This document shows positions 17,926 to 31,865 of a stretch of DNA of 64,000 nucleotides, piece after piece; the first letter of the stretch is position 1; each line of letters begins with the position of its first letter. The stretch is from the human T2T-CHM13v2.0 reference genome, Homo sapiens: NCBI RefSeq assembly GCF_009914755.1, contig NC_060934.1; one strand, written 5' to 3'. The translations under genes were made by a program, and so were the position numbers. The notes below the pieces were generated by a model. The model saw nothing but the letters and a program-made list of their open reading frames with translations. It searched no databases and was not told where the DNA came from.

Positions 17926-18269
17926 GACTTATTTTCACAATAGCATTCTTTATAGATAAATACCGTTTGGTACCTAATAGATTTTTTTAAGCTCTCTTTC
18001 TGACTTTGGGGCCAAGGTTTTCCCGGGATTGTTAAAACCTGCTTGGGATAAGAAATGTGGATGCCACTGATGTTTGCATGTCTGTTCTGAACCTCTTGGT
18101 TTACAGAATGAGAATGGAATGGGCTTCATGAGGTTCTTATCACAAGGATGTTAGGGAAAATATGCTTCCATGCAACATGGCTTTTTGAGAGCGCTAGTGT
18201 TTTTTACTTACTGAAAAAATCATTCTTTGGTTGTGCTAGACCTGTTTTTAGTGCAAAAATCTCACTTTG

Positions 18270-18880
18270 ACTTAGGAAATGCAAATCAAAACCACAATGA
18301 GATACCACTTCACACCCATTGGGATGGCTATTATTTTAAAAAATGGAAAATAACCGATGTTGATGAGGATGTGGAGAAATTGAAACCTTTGTGCACTGTT
18401 AGTGAAAATGTAAAATGGTGCAATTGCTATGGTAAACAGTATGGTAGTTCCACAAAAGTTAAAAATAGAATTACCGTATGATCCAACAATTCCACTTCTG
18501 GGTATAACCAATAGAGCTGAAAGCAGGATCTCGAAGAGATATTTGTACACCTATGTGCACATTCATAGCAGCATTATTTACAGTTGCCAAAAGGTAGAAA
18601 CAACCAAAGTGTCCATAGATGATTGAGTGGATAACCAAATGTGATATACAGATGTGAAAGAGCTTAAAAAGGAAGGCAGTTCTGTCACATGCTACAGCAT
18701 GGGTAAACCTTGAGTACATAGTGCTGAGTGAGATAAGCTAGATGCAAAAAGACAAACACTGTATAATTCCACTTATATGAGGTGCCCACAGTAGTCAGAA
18801 TCATAGAGACAGGAAGTAGAATGTTGGTTGCTAGGAGCCCGGGAAGGGAAGATTGGGGAGTTGTTGGTTAGTGGGTACAG
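18270..18880 (+). mobile_element. L1MB-like 3' end
   Basis: gaaatgcaaatcaaaaccacaatgagatacc, atagaattaccgtatgatccaacaattccacttctggg and ttccacttatatgaggt motifs. Confidence 0.85.
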
Positions 18881-20431
18881 AAGATCTCACTTTGATGTGC
18901 AGAGGAAGGGAAGCTGGGAGAGGCGTACACTGGAGGAGTGGCATCTGGCTCTTTGTCTTTGTTCATTTATACCCCCCACTGGTTCCACAAAGCACTTGGA
19001 CTTTTCTAAGTTTGCCGAGTGAATCCTCTAGAGGGATGATTCCGATAATGTCTGCAACTCCAGGGTTGGTTTCCAACACAAGCATTGGCTTTAATCTGCA
19101 TGCAGAGGTTGGATGAAGTCCTTGCCTGGATCTGCTTCAGAGATGGATTAAAAGTGAAGAACTGAGACCCTTTCTAAATAGACTGTAGGCCTGTGTTACA
19201 CAGGAAAGTCCTTTGCTTGCCTTTAGTTTAAAAAAATTTTTTTTAAATGACATTCTGCCATTGGCTTTCTCAGTGACTTGGGTCTGTTTGAGCCTACCCT
19301 TGTAAAATGTGTGAATTCACCTCTGCGCAGCCTGTTTCTGAGTGAGATGAGAGCCATGGACATCTGTGCTCTGTGACCAGCATGGCTTAAGGCCTATTCC
19401 TTCAAAGTCACAGATGCCTCCTGTGAGTAGGGCGAACATGTAATCTGTGGTTCAACTTTTGACAGTAAGAGAATTTTGAGAGAGTCTTGCGAATTTTGCC
19501 AGAACAACAGGTGTACCCCAGGCCTCTCCTGTGCAAACCTGGGCATGTGGCCACCCTGCACAAGAAAGGGAAGACAAGCCCAAGGTGGAAAGATCAACTC
19601 TCTTCCCTTACCTCTGTGTAGGGCATCTTTGCAGGTGGGGTCTTATTCTCTTCCTCTGACTTTTATTATGCTCCTCTTTATAGAGGACTTGCCACCTCCC
19701 AGGATAGTCTGCTGTTCCTGGGCTCTTCTGACTGATGGAAAATTGCCCTTATTTGAGCTGAACTCTGCTCCTTTGATATCAGACCCCAAGGCCTGATCCC
19801 TAGATCTTCAGACAAATGATTTCTTCATTTCCATCTCAGTAATGCAGTCAAAAGGGAAAAGTCTAGTGTTTTAATAATGTATATAGTGTATTTTTGTTTT
19901 CACTGCTGGGAAGATGTCCCTTTTTCTCTTCAGGTAGTATTTAATCAACTTTTGTAATTTCGTGGAAATTCATAAAGGCTAAACAAGGCATCCCAGGTTT
20001 ACTGCATTTCCTCTTCCATGCCCCAGCGTCCTGTCTGCAGGCACACAGTTTCATATCCTGTGAGTAGTATCCTTGCAGTCTTAAGATACGCATTTTCACA
20101 TCAGCATCTGCTAATATAGAACATCTACTAATATAGAACATTCCAGGTTGCAACATTATCTTTCCAATTGTATTTTTAGAAATTCCCATATTGGACATTT
20201 AGGTTGTTTCCAATTTTTTTGCTATCCTAGATAAGGATGCAGTGATTAGTTTATGTAATACGCATTCTTCCCTTTAGGGAAGGGAGGGAAATTATTTGCT
20301 GAGATAGATTCCCAGGAGAGATTAATTGGGTCACAAGGTGTGTACATTGTTTTGACCTGCCTGAACATACAGTCAAAATCACATCCCCAGAACGACTGCC
20401 CCAATTCATAGGAAGTTGACTGTCTTTTGGC

Positions 20432-20433
<2 letters not shown>

Positions 20434-20480
<47 letters not shown>
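20434..20480. repeat. (TG)23 microsatellite
   Basis: Direct reading. Confidence 0.97.
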
Positions 20481-20482
<2 letters not shown>

Positions 20483-20869
20483 ATGTGTGTATTTCATCAT
20501 TTAGGCTTGCCAAGGCAGAGGGCAGGGATTGCTTAATCAGAAACTCCACTAGAACTTAAGGAGTGGCCTGTGGTGCTGATGCCTGCATGGCCTCAGCCCC
20601 TGATTTCCCCAACTTAGGCAAGTGTGAGGCTGGGACCACCAGTTGGGATTACTGAGGAAGGGATGTTCAAGGTGCTCTGAGATTATTGCCTGGCACACAG
20701 GACTGTTAAATGCTTGCACGTACTTTCAAGTCTTAAGTAGTTTGGTGTGCTTGTATAACTCTGCCTCCTTGGCTGGTAAATAATCAGCATGGCATAGTCT
20801 ACAGGAGTGATTTTTCTTGTTTGTACTTTTTTTCTTTAATGGAAATCCTTTTTATAATGATCACTTCTG

Positions 20870-22310
20870 TTGATGTCTGATTTAGATAGAATAACATTTA
20901 TTCATTTCAACTGTACAGTTCAGTGACAGCTGTACATGCCACATAATCACCATCATCACAATGAAGATATAAAACATTCCCATCACCCCAGAAACTTTCC
21001 TTGTGCCCCTACAGTCATGCCTGCCCCACCCTACCCCTTCCCTGGGTGATGGTTGTTCTGCCTCCTGTTGCTATAAATTAAACTCTTTGGTATCTGACTT
21101 TTTTTTAGTTAGGTGGTAGTGTCTCTGTTGTTTTTCTGTTTTTAATTACTTTTTAAAAATCTTTTGAAATAATTTCTTATTTTTTAATTGTACAATATAC
21201 GTAACAGAACATTTGTTATTAAAACCATTTAAGTGTATAGTTCATTGGCGTTAAGTACATTCACATTCACCTTGATTGGTGTTCTTATTTTTATTATTTT
21301 TTCCTTTCTACTTGGGATTATTTTGCTTTTTCTTAGCTACTTAAACTGGAAGATTAGATCACTGATTTTTAGATTTTTTTCCTAATATAAATATTTGAAG
21401 CTGTACATTTTCTGCATCCCACACATTTTGATATGTTTTCACTTGATTTGGTAAAAATAGTTCGCATATGCATACTCTATGAACTGTGTCTCCTCCCACC
21501 TCCAGGCTGACTTCAAGAGTTTCTCCTTTTATTCTGGATTATAGCAATTTTATACATGCTGGTATAGTTGTCTTTGTGTTTATTCTGTTTGGGGTTCATT
21601 GGGCCTTTGAGATTTGTGGGTTTATAGTTTTCATCAGATTTGGAATATTTTAGCCATTATGTTTTCAAACGCACACCCTTTTTCTCCCCTTCCCTGTCCC
21701 ATTTCCCTAGGACATTGTTTATCTAGGGCACAGAGGCTCGGTTTAGTTTTTTATTTTGTTGAGTGTTTTACCATTCTCCTTTAGTTTCCATAGCTTTGTC
21801 TTCAGCTTTACTGATCTTTTCTTCCATACTGTCTCATTGGCTGTTAAACCCATCTAGTGAAGTCTTCAATTCTAATATTGTAGTTTCTATTTCTAGTCGT
21901 TACATTTAGGTATTTTTTATGTCTCCAATTTCTTTCCTTATCTTATTTATATTTTCCTTTAAATTCCTGAACATATTTGCAATACTTGTTTTGAAGTTGT
22001 TGGGATTTCATCTTCTTTGTCATTCTTGTGTCTTCTATTTACTGAATTTTTTCTCTTATAGCTCACTTCTTTCCTTTTCTTGCCTATCTAGTAACTTTTG
22101 ATTGGATATTAGTTATAGTTTTTCTACTAAGTATTCTTCCCTAACAGTATTAAGTCTTTTGTGTCTGACATCTTTCATTTAATATCATATGTGAGATTCA
22201 TTCATGCAGTTATACGTAGTTGTAGATCATTTATTCTTGTTGTGTAATATTCTATTGTGGGGATATATAATTTGTGTTATTTACAGTTTTAGGCTATTAA
22301 GACCTGTTAC
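20870..22310 (-). mobile_element. Several old L1M fragments (T-rich)
   Basis: aacattcccatcaccccagaaactt, tttcatcagatttggaatattttagccattat and similar antisense L1M motifs. Bounds approximate. Confidence 0.6.
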
Positions 22311-22436
22311 AGTGATATAAAAACATACCAGTGTTGGAGACCTGAGTATAGGGTATCCCAGGCTTTGTGTGGCTGAGCAGGATGACATCCCATCTTTCCT
22401 CTCCAGGTCCAGATGGTTTTAGTGTGATAGTTTACA

Positions 22437-22660
22437 GCTGAGCTTTTCAGACTATGGCTTGCAGGCCAAACCTGGCCTTCCGCCTGTTTTTACACATACA
22501 ATTTTATTGGAACACAGCCACACCCATTCATTTATGTATTATCTATGGCTGCTTTCCCATTATAACAGCAGAGTTGAGTAATTGCTACGGGGATCATCCA
22601 GCACACAAAGCTGAAAATATTTACTATTTGGCCCTTTACAGAAATGCTGACCACTGCCTT
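22437..22660. mobile_element. MER58A-like hAT MITE
   Basis: ttttattggaacacagccacacccattcattt and aaaatatttactatttggccctttacagaaa motifs. Confidence 0.8.
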
Positions 22661-25410
22661 AGTATCTTGATTTTCTACCCACTGTTAATCACTGTGAACT
22701 GTGCCAAAGTTAGGTTGGGGGGTTCCCTCTCTCCTGGGGGTACTGCCTATCACCTCCCTTGAATGGCTGTGCTCCCTCCGCCTGCCTTCATTTCCAGGGC
22801 CTTGACTCAGGTTCCTGGGCGGGGCTCAGTGGGGGTCAACTCTGTTATCTGGCAACACAGAGACAGCTGTGGAAGCTGCCCCTGGAGCCCTCTGCACAGT
22901 CCTTCCCCACATTGGGGCCCTCACATGGGTTTGCTGGCTCTGCTGGGAGGGCACATGTGTTGCCTTTTCTCAGAACCACCCTTCCGGCAGGAGGAAAAGC
23001 TGGGGTGTGATAGCTATGTGACCCCATGCAAGGCACCTCCTGCTCTGGGCTCTGTTTCCCTCTGTCATAAGGAAGCCGAGCCCTAGCATCCCTTCTGGCT
23101 CCCAGACCTTCCGAACTCCCACTGACAAGTGGCTTGGTTCAGGCTTTCAACACAGGACAGATAACTGCAGCTCCTCCCTTGGCCCACTGGGCTCTCAGGC
23201 CAGGTTGGGTCTGGGGTCTGCACCCTCTGGTCCTTTTTGGCTTCAAATTCTATTCAATCGTCAGCATTTCAAGTGGCCACAAGCATCTCTGTTGTTTCCT
23301 GAATGCCCCAGGCCTGGATTCAGGATTTCTTATTCTGGAGAGTACCAGGACCCTGGGGTTTCCGTCTGGTGTAATTTATAATGGCAAAACTCAGCCAGTG
23401 GGAGGTGCATGGGTCCTTGCTGCTTATTTTGCTGATTGACAGACTGAGGCCCAGGAGAGGGATGGCTTCCTCGAGACCCTGACTCTGTGAGTTAGGGACA
23501 AAGCTGAGACTCAGTCCTGGCTTCCTCCACTCTCTGCTGTTTTCTTTCCATCATCCTTTCCTACCTCACTTGAAAAGCCTCCAGAAGGCCGTATTTCCCT
23601 AAGCTCTGCTTCACTGTTGTCTCCAGAAGCCCAGTAAAACAGGTGCCTCTGGAAAGCACTTGGTCTTAGGACAGAAGCTGGTGCTGGAAGTAATTGGGGG
23701 TGGGGTACAGAACACCAGTGTCAAGAGAAGGAGACTCTGTCTTCAGGACAGCAGATGCTTGTGGCATATCCTTGAACGCCCCTCACATCTCTGCTCTGTC
23801 TGCCGTGCGGGAGGGCATGGCCACCTTGAGACTGGCTCTGTGCCTGGAGTAAGCATGTCACGTAGGATCTTCCTTCAATCTTTACAACCTTCCTGTGACC
23901 TAGGAAAGATAATCCCTGTTTTGTAGAGAACATAGGCTCAGAGAAGGTCTTGGACTCGCATGAGGCCCTGTCACTAGGTAGCTACAAAGCAGAGACTGGA
24001 CCCAGGGCCGGCTTTGTTCAGGGGAAGAGGCTCTGTGAATGTCAGGCTGAGTCAGCGTGTGGATTGTGCAAGACCCGGAGGCCAGCAGGGCAGAGCCTGA
24101 GAGCATCGCCTGCTGCTGGTGATTCGCCTTGATCTTGCTGAGGAAAGGCCTCTGGGGCCTGCAGGAGTTGCCAAGTACTTTTATACACGCTTAAATGAAA
24201 TCTTGCAAGGAGCCAAGGCCATTAAATCATGGGTGAGAGGCTGCCTTTGACCTGCTTGGAGCTGCATCTTTCTCCTCCAGTTCAGCAGGGCCTGGCCGGG
24301 TGTCACTTCCTTTTGTGACTTGATTGTGCTTGGGTAAAGTACCACAAGCTTGCTCGTGTGGTAAGTGGATTTCTTGTGTCTGGACTCTGGCTGGACCAGC
24401 CCAGAGTGCCCCAAGAGGACCTCCTGCCTTTCGCAAGGTCATTTGCCTAAGGTGAAAGGTCAATATTTAATCTTCACAGTGACCCACAAAGAGGCCCTGC
24501 TGCCTTGTCCACCTGCCCTGGTTGGGACACAGCGTGGTCTCACTGCCTGACAGTGTGGGTCATTTGGCTGTAGAGCTGCACAACCCCAAAGCCCCCCTGT
24601 GGAATTCCTACATCCCCGGGCTCTTGTGTGAGTGCCCGTGTGTGGAAGGCAGCTGCTCTGTGGGTGGTAAGATACTGTGTTGCCAGGGTCAGAGGCATCC
24701 AGGTTTGGTTCTTAAGTCTGCCACCAGCTAGCCGTGTGACCTTGGGCAAAGGACCAAATTGCTCTACATTTGAGCTTTCCCATGTGAAAAATGAGGGTAA
24801 TTGAGCCAGAGTTATGGGATATGGAGGGATAGCCTTAGGTCCATTAAGTATTTAATGCAGCGCACAGCTCCCAGGAAAGGGCAGCTATTCACAGTGACCA
24901 TAGCAGTTTAGGTGCTCGCTGGTCCAGCAGAGGAGGCTGGCCTCTCCTCAAGCTGGGCCGGAGCTGGGCCCCGTTCTTCAGTAGGTAATTCAATTAGGTC
25001 ATGGGAGGGAGACAAAGAAGGTCACTTGAGGCTGGAGGGCACTCAGCTGAACCCTCACTCCCAGAAGATTGGCAGCCAGGGCTCACAGCAGCCAGGGCTT
25101 ACCTGGCCTGGCCCCATGGACCATCTGCTGCAGAGTTCCAGGGAAGGGTTCCGTGGGGTGAAGCGGGCCAATGACCCAGTTCATTCATGGGACCGTTATG
25201 TGAGCTCTCAGGCAGATCACTTCCCCTGTCTAGTCCTCCCTCAATCTCCTGGTCTCTGAAACCAGGTTTGTTGGTACTCAGAGTTCCTGCCCTGGGCCAC
25301 TGTTCATTGAACCCATGATCTGACATGTGATCCCCAAGTTCCTGTCTTTCCGGTGTGAGTTAACTTTAGTTCTTCCTTTAAAACAGAATGAAAACAACAC
25401 AAGGCCTTAT

Positions 25411-25411
<1 letters not shown>

Positions 25412-25446
<35 letters not shown>

Positions 25447-25749
25447 AGACGAAGTTTTGCTCTTGCTGCCCAGGCTGGAGTGCAATGGCGTGATCTTGGC
25501 TCACCGCAACCTCCACCTCCCAGGTTCAAGTGATTCTCTTGCCTCAGCCTCCTGAGTAGCTGGGATTATAGGCATGTGCCACCACGCTCGGCTAATTTTT
25601 TATTTTTAGTAGAGATGGGGTTTCTCCATGTTGGTGAGGCCGGTCTCAAACTCTTGACCTCAGGTGATCCGCCTCCCAAAGTGCTGGGCCTCCCAGCACT
25701 CGGCCTCCCAAAGTGCCGAGATTTCAGGCATGAGCTACCACGCCTGGCC
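25412..25749 (-). mobile_element. AluSp/Sq-like with internal micro-rearrangement
   Basis: Antisense Alu with long T-run; TSD ccttattctt. Confidence 0.92.
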
Positions 25750-26204
25750 AAGTCCTTATTCTTAGAGCTGAGAGAAAGAGAACTGCACGCAGTGGTGGGG
25801 AGCTGGCTTCCCCAGTAAACACAGAGTCAGCCAGGGCTTTCCCTGGGGGCCTTGAGAAGAACAGCAAGCGAGGGAGGGTGTGGTCTGTGGGCCATATGCA
25901 GAGCGGTAAGCGGCCCTACAGCGGCCCTGCATGTGGGGAAGGGGCGATTGGAACAGAGGTGAGCAGGAGCAGGCCTACCTTTGCATGGGCACTGTGCCCC
26001 TGAGGGTGGGGATATGAACTGCTCTTGAGGTCGAGGGTCTTTTTTGAGAACTTGTGCAGACCAAAATTCCTTTTGTGAAACCAGTCACCTCTTCCTATTG
26101 TATCTATTTAGTCACTATTTAGTCACCTAGGAGAACAAAACAACTAAAACAGCACCTCAGCGTGAATTCACAGAAACCTATTAATATAGATGGAACTGAC
26201 GCTG

Positions 26205-26511
26205 TTTTTTTTTTTTTTCTTTTTTTTTGGGAGACCTGGTCTTACTCTGTTACCACCCAGGCTGGAGTGCAGTGGTGCAATCTCACCCTTGACCTCCCAA
26301 GTTCAAGCAGTCCTCCCACCTCGGCCTCCCTGGTAGCTGGGAATACAGGCATTTTTTTTTTTACAGCTAATTTTTTTAGAAAACCTTTTTTTTTTTTTTT
26401 TTTTAAGAGATGGGGGTCTTGCTATGTTGCCCAGGCTGGTCTTGAACGCCTGGGCTCAAGCAATCCTCCTGCCTCAGCCTCCCAAATTGCTGTGAGCCAC
26501 TGTTCTCAGCC
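26205..26511 (-). mobile_element. Degenerate AluJ
   Basis: Antisense Alu with deletions. Confidence 0.8.
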
Positions 26512-27049
26512 TGAGGCTGGTATTAATGTGGGAAACAATACCCTTAGAAGTCAGACTTAGTAGTCAAGGTGAGAGAAGGGGTGAGCTGTGAAGTGCAGTG
26601 TGGAGGAGAGAGGGGAGCTCCAGCAGTGGTTTTGTTGAGTGTCCTTAAGGTAGACTTTTCTCACCTGTCCCATGTGGCCCCACAGGATGAGCGGACTGTC
26701 ATGGAAAGCTGTTAGGCAGGGGCTGGAATGTCTGTTGGGAATGCTGGATGGGGCATCGGCCTCTGGGCTTGTTCTGCTCTGACCATAGGCAAATGCCCCT
26801 GTATAGAGCTTGACCCATGCACCTGGGCCAGGCTGAGCTTTTCTTGGCCCACATTTGCTCTGAATGCCTTTGGATTGAATCACACCCAGAAGTGTGCCTG
26901 GGGGTAGCTAGAAGGACCCAGGCAAGCACTGTCCTGGTCTTGAATCCTGGGGAGTCACTCATGCCTGCTCTGTGCCTACTGAGGGCCAAGCCCTCCTCGT
27001 TGTTGGGCTGCAACTCTGAACAAAACAGGTAACATCTCTGGCCTCAGAA

Positions 27050-28140
27050 GGGCTTAGCTGGGGAGACACAATAGAGAGACAGCCCCTGTGGTCTGGGATC
27101 AGTGCCGCGAAGAAAATCAACAGAGGAGGTCACACATGGAGGATGGGGAGCAGTTCCACTCAGGGTGGTAAAAGGAGGCCTTGAACGCAGTGAGGGAGGA
27201 GCCAGGAATGGATATGGAGGAAGAGCATTGCCGGCTGAGGGAACAGTGTCCAGGCTCTGAGGCAGGGGTGATTTTGATGACTTCAAGAAACAAGAATGTC
27301 AGGGTGGCCCAGGGAGTGGCGTTGGAGCAGGGAGGTGGGAAGGAGATGCCGTGGGAGATGTGTGTGAAGCCTGGCTGCAGAGGCCCTTGGGGGCCATGGG
27401 AGAGACCGTGCATTTTCTTCTAGGTCTGCGTGGGAAGTCACTGCAGAGTTTCGAGGAGGGGAGTTCCCAGCTCTGTATTTTTGAAGGGTCAGTCTTGTTG
27501 CTTGGACCAGTGAGGAGCCCCGTGGGATCCAGACTCGAGTGGGTGGAGCCGGGGCAGGTGGGAGCAGAGACACTGGAGGAAAGCTGGTCGAATGCACTGT
27601 GTATTTGGAGGCAGAACCAGCAGAGGGTCCTCTGGGTTGAGTGTAGGGCAAAAGAGAAAGAAGGCACCAAGCCTGGGGTCTGGGTTTTCTCTCTTACACT
27701 TGCTGGGTGGACGGTGGTGCCACTGAATGAGACGGAGAAGAGTTGGGGGGAGCTCGGTTGGGGTTGGGGGACCAAGGCTGCGTAGTGGGGCACAGTAAGA
27801 GTAAAATATCGTTAGCTGTCTTAGGAGGACAAGTAAAGTAGACATTAGGGTATTTGACCGGGGGCATGGCCAGGACTGGACATCTGAGTGTGTCACTCAG
27901 CAATGTTTAGATGGTATTTAAGCCTTGTGAATTATGAGATCATCGAGAGGGCTCAGGGCAGGGTGAAGGAGCTAGGACTGTGAGTGAGGCCCACCAGCAT
28001 CTAGAGGGGTCTGAAGGAGGAGGAGGAGGAAGAGCAGGGAGGAAGGCAGTCAGGGGCATATGCTTGGGGTCCCCGAAGCAGGGTGTGTCAGTGGAATGGT
28101 TGGAGGAGGAGAGAATGACCAGCTGTGACCAATGAGGTCA
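27050..28140 (-). mobile_element. L2 relic
   Basis: gaggaagagcattgccggctgagggaacag, tgtatttggaggcagaaccagcag and gtggtgccactgaatgagacggagaa motifs. Confidence 0.6.
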
Positions 28141-29825
28141 GATACCATGAGGAAAAGTCTTGGCCTCCAGCTTTGGCAAGAGGGAGGCAGGTCCCTGGGG
28201 GCCTTGAATAAGATGGGTGGGGATGGAGCCTGCAGGATTCGGCAGGTGGTGACCAGTCACCTTCAGGTTGCTCAGCATGCCAGTGTAAGACACCTGGGGA
28301 GGGAAAGGAAGCGGTCATGCATTCTATCAGGAAAACCCTTCCCAGCTAGTCAGTTCAGGGGGAGGACTGAGAAGCGGGAAAAGGGTGTGGTGTGATATGG
28401 TAGAAAGGGCTCTACCCCCTTGGCTTGGTGCTGTATCCAGTACTTGAGACGGTATCTGGCACTCGGGATGTACTCCGTGAATATTTGTTGAATGAATGAG
28501 TGAGGAGTGAATGAATGAACTGAGACTTGTGATTCAGCCCTTCTCCCCACTGCCTGACATTTTGGTCTTGGCCCTCCCTGGGCCCCAGTGCTCTGCTTTT
28601 GTAAAATGGAGGGATTGGTTCTTGGTGGGGGTTCTTTACTTAGTGTTCACAGACCATTGTGGGAGCCAGCAGTGGGAAGCTGTGACCCCTCTAAAATTTC
28701 ATGCAAAATACTGGGCATGTGTGCATTTTCTGAAAGTGATCTGTGATCCAGAAGAGGTTGGATCACAGATCACTTTCAGGTTGGATGAGACTTCCTGGGG
28801 CTTTCCTTGAGCCCTTTCTTTCCATTCTAGCCCCTGGGGCTAGTTACTGAGTAAAATAGGTAGAAGTGGCTCAAGGCTTGAGATCACCGGTAGTCATAGA
28901 GAAGCGTGGTCCTGTTATTTATCGTGAGATGGTGATAAATGGCAGTGAAATGCCAGTGTGGTGTAAAGTAGTCACAGAAAAACAGGAGGCAGCTTTATTA
29001 ACAGAGCCCACGTTGTGTTTTGTTGTATATGGAAAAGCCCTCCCTGGTTCAGGAACCTGTGTGATGTATTTGGGTGGGCGCCTTTCTGTTGTGGTGCACA
29101 TGGGGTATGGGTTCCTGCAGGTGGGAAGTTGGGGTTGGGGGTGGTGCTCCTCTGGGGCGAGCTCATTGCTTAGAGCAAGCCTATTTTCATTCTCTAGCTA
29201 AAAGCCCAGCCTTTCCTGAGCATAGATGCGCCCCCTGCTCATTGTAGTTAACAGTAGGGAGGAGGCTCAGCCCTGGCCAGTGAATGGCCTGGGCCACTGG
29301 ATAGCTGCTTATCTGTGCCTGGAGTCTATCTCCAGGGCTGGAGAGCTGGGGTGTGTGGCAGAGATGCTGGGCTGTTTCCCCCTGTCCTCACCCTGTGGTG
29401 GTGCCTGGTCCTATGCAGTCTCATCCTGTGTTGGGAACCTCTGAGGGGACCTGGGTCAGCCCTCCCAAGGGGTGATGTCTTCGTATACACCAGATAGTGC
29501 ACTGAAATGAGTTCAGGGTTGCAGAAAGGGGAAGAAGCAGCACAGCCTGATGTCTGTGACCCATAGTCTCTCCAGGGTGGAGTCCGCTCTGAGATCTTTT
29601 CCTCTTCCTTCCCTGGGGCATAGGGTCATCTGAGGTTGAAGGAGTTTGTCCAGATATTCAGGAAGGTAGGTTCAGGTTATCTGTCATCTGCGGGGCCTGA
29701 GGGGCCATGTGGGATGTGAGCTAGGAGCATGCCCTACCTGGCAGTGTGGACTTTGCTCTGTGAAGCATGTTCACAGTGCTGGTTTCCAACCTAACTTCCT
29801 TCTCTCTTTCCTCTGCCCCGCTTAG

Positions 29826-29876
29826 TTGGCTGGAGTTGTCTTCCTTGGAGTCGGGCTGTGGGCATGGAGCGAAAAG
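29826..29876 (+). CDS. TSPAN14: TSPAN14 coding exon 2 (LAGVVFLGVGLWAWSEK, rest of TM1)
   Basis: ctaac branch-like motif, pyrimidine tract and cttAG at 29824-29825; 51 nt; donor AAG|gtaggt. Too short for the ORF track, read manually. Confidence 0.96.
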
Positions 29877-30927
29877 GTAGGTGTAACTGTCGCAGGACAC
29901 TGAGCTTCAGGCAGCCAAAACCAGATTCGTTGGACTTCATTTTCCCTCCTCCAATCTGTTCCCTGACAACAAGCATTTCTTGTGCAGTGTCAAGGTGTAT
30001 AATTGTCAATCTTTACAGACACAGCTCTTGCGTACTCTGCCCACATGATAGTATTGGCTGCTGGAGGTATGGGCTGGGCTGGTTGGGTTTTGAGCCCTGT
30101 GGATGTGGAGAGCTCAGCTCTTGTATGCAGCTGTGCCCAGAGCAGGCTTGGGCAATCCAGCTTCCTGACCCTGTCTGTGCCTCTGGGAGCAAGCGGGCAG
30201 GTCCCTGAATACAGGCATGCTTATTGTGGAAGCCCTTATCCTCCAGGATGAGAAAGAGCAGGCAGCAGGGAGCGGGGCTGGGTGACATGCCCCCAGGGTG
30301 CCCTGTGGGGCAGGGGTGGGCCTTTAAGCACCTCTGGGCCTCCTTGCCCAGCCTCAGGAGGAGAGGGGAGGAGTGGAGACCTGGCTCCTACTGTCGGGAA
30401 GGACATGGTGCAGTTGCGGCTCCAGGAAGGGGATGAGACTGGATATGGGCAGGGTGGGGCTGTGCTGCTGCTTGTTGCCCTGTGGCAGGGGTGCTGGGGA
30501 GGCAGTGAGGGCTGAAAAAGGCCAGGGAGGGAAGAGGGGAGGGGAGGGAAGCAGTAAGGTGGAGCAGGCCTGGCCAGAAAGAGCCAGGAATAAAGCTTCC
30601 TCTAGTGTCTTGAGCCTAGGCCTTCTTCCTTCAGTGGAACCTCCCTTTGCTTCCAGCAGGAGGAGGCAGGAGAACCTAGGTCTACAGGCTTTCCTGCCAT
30701 GGTCTTAGGGACTGGATAAGGCCCACCTTCAGGTTTGGGCACCTTCCAAGTGGCCTGTGAACCCCTAAAGGGCAAGAGCTGGGGTACGATGTCCCTTTGC
30801 CCCAGTGACCCAGAAGCAGGTTCAATCTGTGCCTCACAGCACCACCGTGTGGCTTCCCCTGGGACTGCAGCCGCCTAACTGGGTGTGGCCCTGAGTGTGG
30901 AGCTGGCTACTACAATTCCTTTGAATC

Positions 30928-31673
30928 TGTCGATCTAAAATAAGTGAAAAGGCCAGAACCTAGTTTAGAGAGAGTTTATTCAAGCACACATGTTGAGGAC
31001 AGGCCTACCCAGGAAGCACAAATTCCAAAGAATGGAAGTCAGCCTTCCTGTTCGAAATGTAGGAGCTTGGGATCATTTATCCAGCCAAAGCCAGACAGAG
31101 ACTCTGTTGCCCAGGCCGGAGCGCAGTGGCTGGATCTTGGCTCACTGCAACCTCCGCCTCCCTGGTTCAAGAGATTCTTGTGCCTCACCCTCCCAAATAG
31201 CTGGGATTACAGGCATGTGCCACCATGCCTGGCTAATTTTTGTATTTTTAGGTAGAGATGGGGTTTTGCCATGTTGGCCAGGCAGGTCTTGAGCTCCTGG
31301 CCTCAAGTGATCTGCCCTCCTCGGCCTCCCAAAGTGCTGGGATTACAGACGTGAGCCGCCATGCCCAGACACCTATGTATGTCTTGATGCTTAGTCACAA
31401 TGTTCTGATTAGTTGAGGCGGTCTTTTTCTTTCAGGAAAGGTATGTTTAACATTCCACACTGAAGATGTAATTGTCCCTGGGTCTTAGATGATATCTGAT
31501 CTGAGTTAGTAAAGAACAATGAAGGAAGCAGTTAAACTATAACAGAGATCAGTGACTGGAAGGGGGGCTGTGGTCTCTCCGGTCCCTTAGTTCAACCATA
31601 ATCTAAGAAACAGAATTGCAAACATGCTACATGACTCAGTCTCCAGGGCTTAGCTTCCCCCTTGGCGTTTTAC
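30928..31673 (-). mobile_element. ERV1-class solo-LTR-like element containing an antisense AluS (31095-31371)
   Basis: TG...CA ends; gagagtttattcaag gives a minus-strand AATAAA; Alu consensus inside. LTR family not assigned. Confidence 0.55.
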
Positions 31674-31689
31674 AAACCCTATGGAACTG

Positions 31690-31865
31690 CTCTGCCCATT
31701 GTGTGACTGTGTTTATATTTAAATTGAAATTGAATATAAATTAAAATTCAGTCCTTCTGTCTCATTAGCCACATTTCAAGTGCTCCACGATACCTGTGGC
31801 CAGACAGTGGGGGTATAGTCTAAAACACCTCCATTGGTGTAGAAACTTCTATGGACAGCATTGCT
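31690..31865. mobile_element. MER3/MER33-like hAT MITE
   Basis: aaaattcagtccttctgtctcattagccacatttcaagtgctc and ttctatggacagca motifs. Confidence 0.7.
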
